A stretch of DNA of 32,000 bases, taken from contig NZ_CP047931.1 of NCBI RefSeq assembly GCF_014280175.1, positions 420,001 through 452,000 of the forward strand, in the 5' to 3' direction. Below the pieces are notes generated by a model. That model had not been told where the DNA came from. It saw only the letters and a list, made by a program, of their open reading frames with translations, and made no database searches. Source of the stretch: Synechococcus sp. A15-28. GTDB lineage: Bacteria; Cyanobacteriota; Cyanobacteriia; PCC-6307; Cyanobiaceae. This document shows, in pieces, positions 29,911-32,000 of the stretch (position 1 is the first letter of the stretch; each line of letters opens with the position of its first letter). Made by a program: the position numbers and the translations under genes.

Positions 29911-30953
29911 ACACCTCTCCGCTGCCCGTGCTGATGGTGGTGCCGACCGGGATCGGTTGCTCGATCGGAGGGTTTGCCGGTGATGCGCTTCCCAGCGCCC
30001 GCTTGCTGGCGGCCGCCAGTGGTTGTCTGATCACCCACCCCAATGTGATGAACGGGGCGGCGCTGTACTGGCGCGACCCCCGCATCCACTACGTGGAGGG
30101 ATACGGGCTCGATCGCTTTGCTGTTGGCGACTGGGACCTCCGGCCGGTGCGGCGCCAGCGGATCGGCCTGCTGCTGGATGCCGGCATCGAAGCGGAATTG
30201 GCACAGCGACAGATTCAGGTGGCCGAAGCCTGCCGAGCCAGCCTTGGTCTGGAGATCGGTCCGGTGGTGACGACGGATCAACCCCTGGAGGTGCAGCTGG
30301 AGCAGGGCAGCAGTGGTTCTAGCTGGGGGCATCTGGGCCGTCCCGATGCCCTGCTCAGGGCTGGCGAGCGGCTCAGAACTGCTGGGGCCTCGGCCATCGC
30401 CGTGGTGGCCCGCTTCCCTGAAGACCCAGCCAGTGAAGAGCTGGCGGCCTACCGCGCCGGGAGCGGCGTTGATGCTTTGGCGGGCGCAGAGGCGGTGATC
30501 AGCCATCTGCTGGTGCGGCACCTGCAGATCCCCTGTGCCCACGCTCCCGCCCTGGCTCCACTGCCCTTGGACCCACAGCTGGATCCCCGGGCGGCCGGCG
30601 AGGAGTTGGGGTACACCTTCCTGGCCTGTGTGCTGGTGGGCCTCAGCCAGGCGCCGGATCTGCTGCCGGCCGGACAAGGTCCACTTCAGGCCGCTCAGTT
30701 GGGGGCAGTGGTGGCGCCGGAGGGCGCCCTCGGCGGAGAAGCCGTTCTGTCCTGCCTCGAGCGTGAGGTGCCGTTGATCACCGTGGCCAACCCCTCGGTT
30801 CTGGATGTGTCGGCTGAGGCCCTCGGTCTTGACCACGGCGTGCGGCAGGCGACCAGTTACGCCGAGGCCGCCGGCTGGCTGCTGGCGCTGCGGGAGGGAG
30901 TCGCGGCTGGTTCCTTGCAGCGGCCCCTGCCCCCGCTGGAGCGATTGACCTGA
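29907..30953 (+). CDS. DUF3326-like protein of unknown function
   Basis: VLMVVPTGIGCSIGGFAGDALPSARLLAAASGCLITHPNVMNGAALYWRDPRIHYVEGYGLDRFAVG; long ORF with overlapping coupling to neighbours. Confidence 0.75.
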   Translation: MNTSPLPVLMVVPTGIGCSIGGFAGDALPSARLLAAASGCLITHPNVMNGAALYWRDPRIHYVEGYGLDRFAVGDWDLRPVRRQRIGLLLDAGIEAELAQRQIQVAEACRASLGLEIGPVVTTDQPLEVQLEQGSSGSSWGHLGRPDALLRAGERLRTAGASAIAVVARFPEDPASEELAAYRAGSGVDALAGAEAVISHLLVRHLQIPCAHAPALAPLPLDPQLDPRAAGEELGYTFLACVLVGLSQAPDLLPAGQGPLQAAQLGAVVAPEGALGGEAVLSCLEREVPLITVANPSVLDVSAEALGLDHGVRQATSYAEAAGWLLALREGVAAGSLQRPLPPLERLT

Positions 30954-31360
30954 TGCCCGGAGGCTTCGCCCTGGATCCAGGCCCCTGCCCCTGTGGAGGT
31001 GGTGAGTACAGCCGCTGTTGCGGGCCGTTCCACCGTGGGGAGCGGCGGGCGGAGACCGCCGAACAGTTGATGCGTTCCCGTTATTCCGCCTTCGCCAAAA
31101 GGGAGGTGGACTACCTGCGTCGCACCCATGGCCAGCCGGCGCCGCGCCGCGCCCTGCTCCAGGCCTGCCGTCAGACGACGTGGCTGGGCCTGACGATCCA
31201 TGCCGTCGATGGGGGTGGTGGGGATGATCTGGAGGGAACCGTTCGCTTTGAGGCCCGGCACCAGCAGGGGGTGCTGGTGGAGACGTCGCTGTTTCAGCGC
31301 CGTGGTGGCTCTCTCGCTGGGGAGTGGCTTTACATCCGCGCCCTTGAGCTGAACGACTAA
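30953..31360 (+). CDS. YchJ family / SEC-C motif protein
   Basis: DPGPCPCGGGEYSRCCGPFHRGERRAETAEQLMRSRYSAFAKREVDYLRRTH. Confidence 0.88.
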   Translation: MPGGFALDPGPCPCGGGEYSRCCGPFHRGERRAETAEQLMRSRYSAFAKREVDYLRRTHGQPAPRRALLQACRQTTWLGLTIHAVDGGGGDDLEGTVRFEARHQQGVLVETSLFQRRGGSLAGEWLYIRALELND

Positions 31361-32000
31361 CGCAGGCAGGCCATCGGATGCCGAGGCGGAACCCCAAGGG
31401 CCTTGGCGACCCCTGGATGGCAGACGGATCCCTGCACGGTGTTCAGGCCGGAGAGCAGTTCCGGCCGTTCAGTGACGGCTTCCTCGAGGCCTCTGCCCGC
31501 AATACCAAGGATGTACGGAAGCGTCACGCTCACCAGGGCCTCGGTGGAGGTGAAGGGCACGGCCCCGGGCATGTTGCCCACGGCGTAGTGCTGCACCCCA
31601 TGGATGCAGACGGTGGGGTCGGTGTGGGTGGTTTCGCGGCTGGTGGCGATACAGCCCCCCTGGTCAATGGCCACATCGACGATCACCGAACCGGCTCGCA
31701 TCTGCTGCACCATCCCCTCATCCACCAGGGTTGGAGCCCGGCCTCCCGGCGTGAGCACCGCGCCGATCACCAGATCCGCCGTGGGTACAAGCCGCTCCAG
31801 CAGGCCGCGGCTGCTCACCACGCTCATTAATCTCCCGCGCCGGTCGGCCTCCAGGCTGCGCAGGCGTTGGGGAGAGCGATCCAGCAGCAGCACTTCGGCA
31901 TCCATGGCAGCCGCCGTGCGGGCGGCATTCCAGCCCACGGTGCCGGCCCCCAACACGACCACTCGTGCCGGTTGCACCCCGGTGCAGCCCCCCATCAACA
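31357..32000 (-). CDS. ald: Alanine dehydrogenase, C-terminal portion (5' end beyond the window)
   Basis: VVVLGAGTVGWNAARTAAAMDAEVLLLDRSPQRLRSLE..., PGGRAPTLVDEGMVQQMRAGSVIVDVAIDQGGCIATSRETTHTDPT..., HYAVGNMPGAVPFTSTEALVSVTLPYI. Confidence 0.95.
   Translation of the reverse strand, partial: LMGGCTGVQPARVVVLGAGTVGWNAARTAAAMDAEVLLLDRSPQRLRSLEADRRGRLMSVVSSRGLLERLVPTADLVIGAVLTPGGRAPTLVDEGMVQQMRAGSVIVDVAIDQGGCIATSRETTHTDPTVCIHGVQHYAVGNMPGAVPFTSTEALVSVTLPYILGIAGRGLEEAVTERPELLSGLNTVQGSVCHPGVAKALGVPPRHPMACLR

Overview
The window looks like a chromosomal segment from a unicellular cyanobacterium of the marine/brackish Synechococcus-Cyanobium type. That lineage is inferred from gene content and protein sequence and was not checked by any search. 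Left part (1-8.5 kb): a capsule/polysaccharide export locus with the 3' part of a kpsC-like gene, a low-GC sulfotransferase-like gene, a kpsS-like gene apparently fused to a PlsC-type acyltransferase, a ketoacyl synthase + acyl carrier protein + GNAT-type N-acyltransferase trio, and a Wza-type export protein. Middle (8.5-17.1 kb): purB, an approximately 850 bp AT-richer region without a convincing gene, glnB with a perfect NtcA-type palindrome upstream, queF, ccs1/resB, ccdA, ftsW/rodA, a small hypothetical, an amidase-like protein and tlyA. Right (17.1-32 kb): apcC-apcB-apcA-apcE, a methyltransferase, ATP synthase genes (atp1, a, c, b', b, delta, alpha, gamma), a 2OG-oxygenase-like protein, a ferredoxin / small ORF / DUF3326-like / SEC-C overlapping operon, and the C-terminal part of alanine dehydrogenase. 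The best candidate for something under-described is the coupling of capsule Kdo-linker enzymes (kpsC/kpsS) with a dedicated acyl-chain module (KAS, ACP, GNAT acyltransferase, PlsC fusion). It could make or remodel a lipid anchor for a surface polysaccharide; that function is inference. No CRISPR array, tRNA, rRNA or transposase was recognised.
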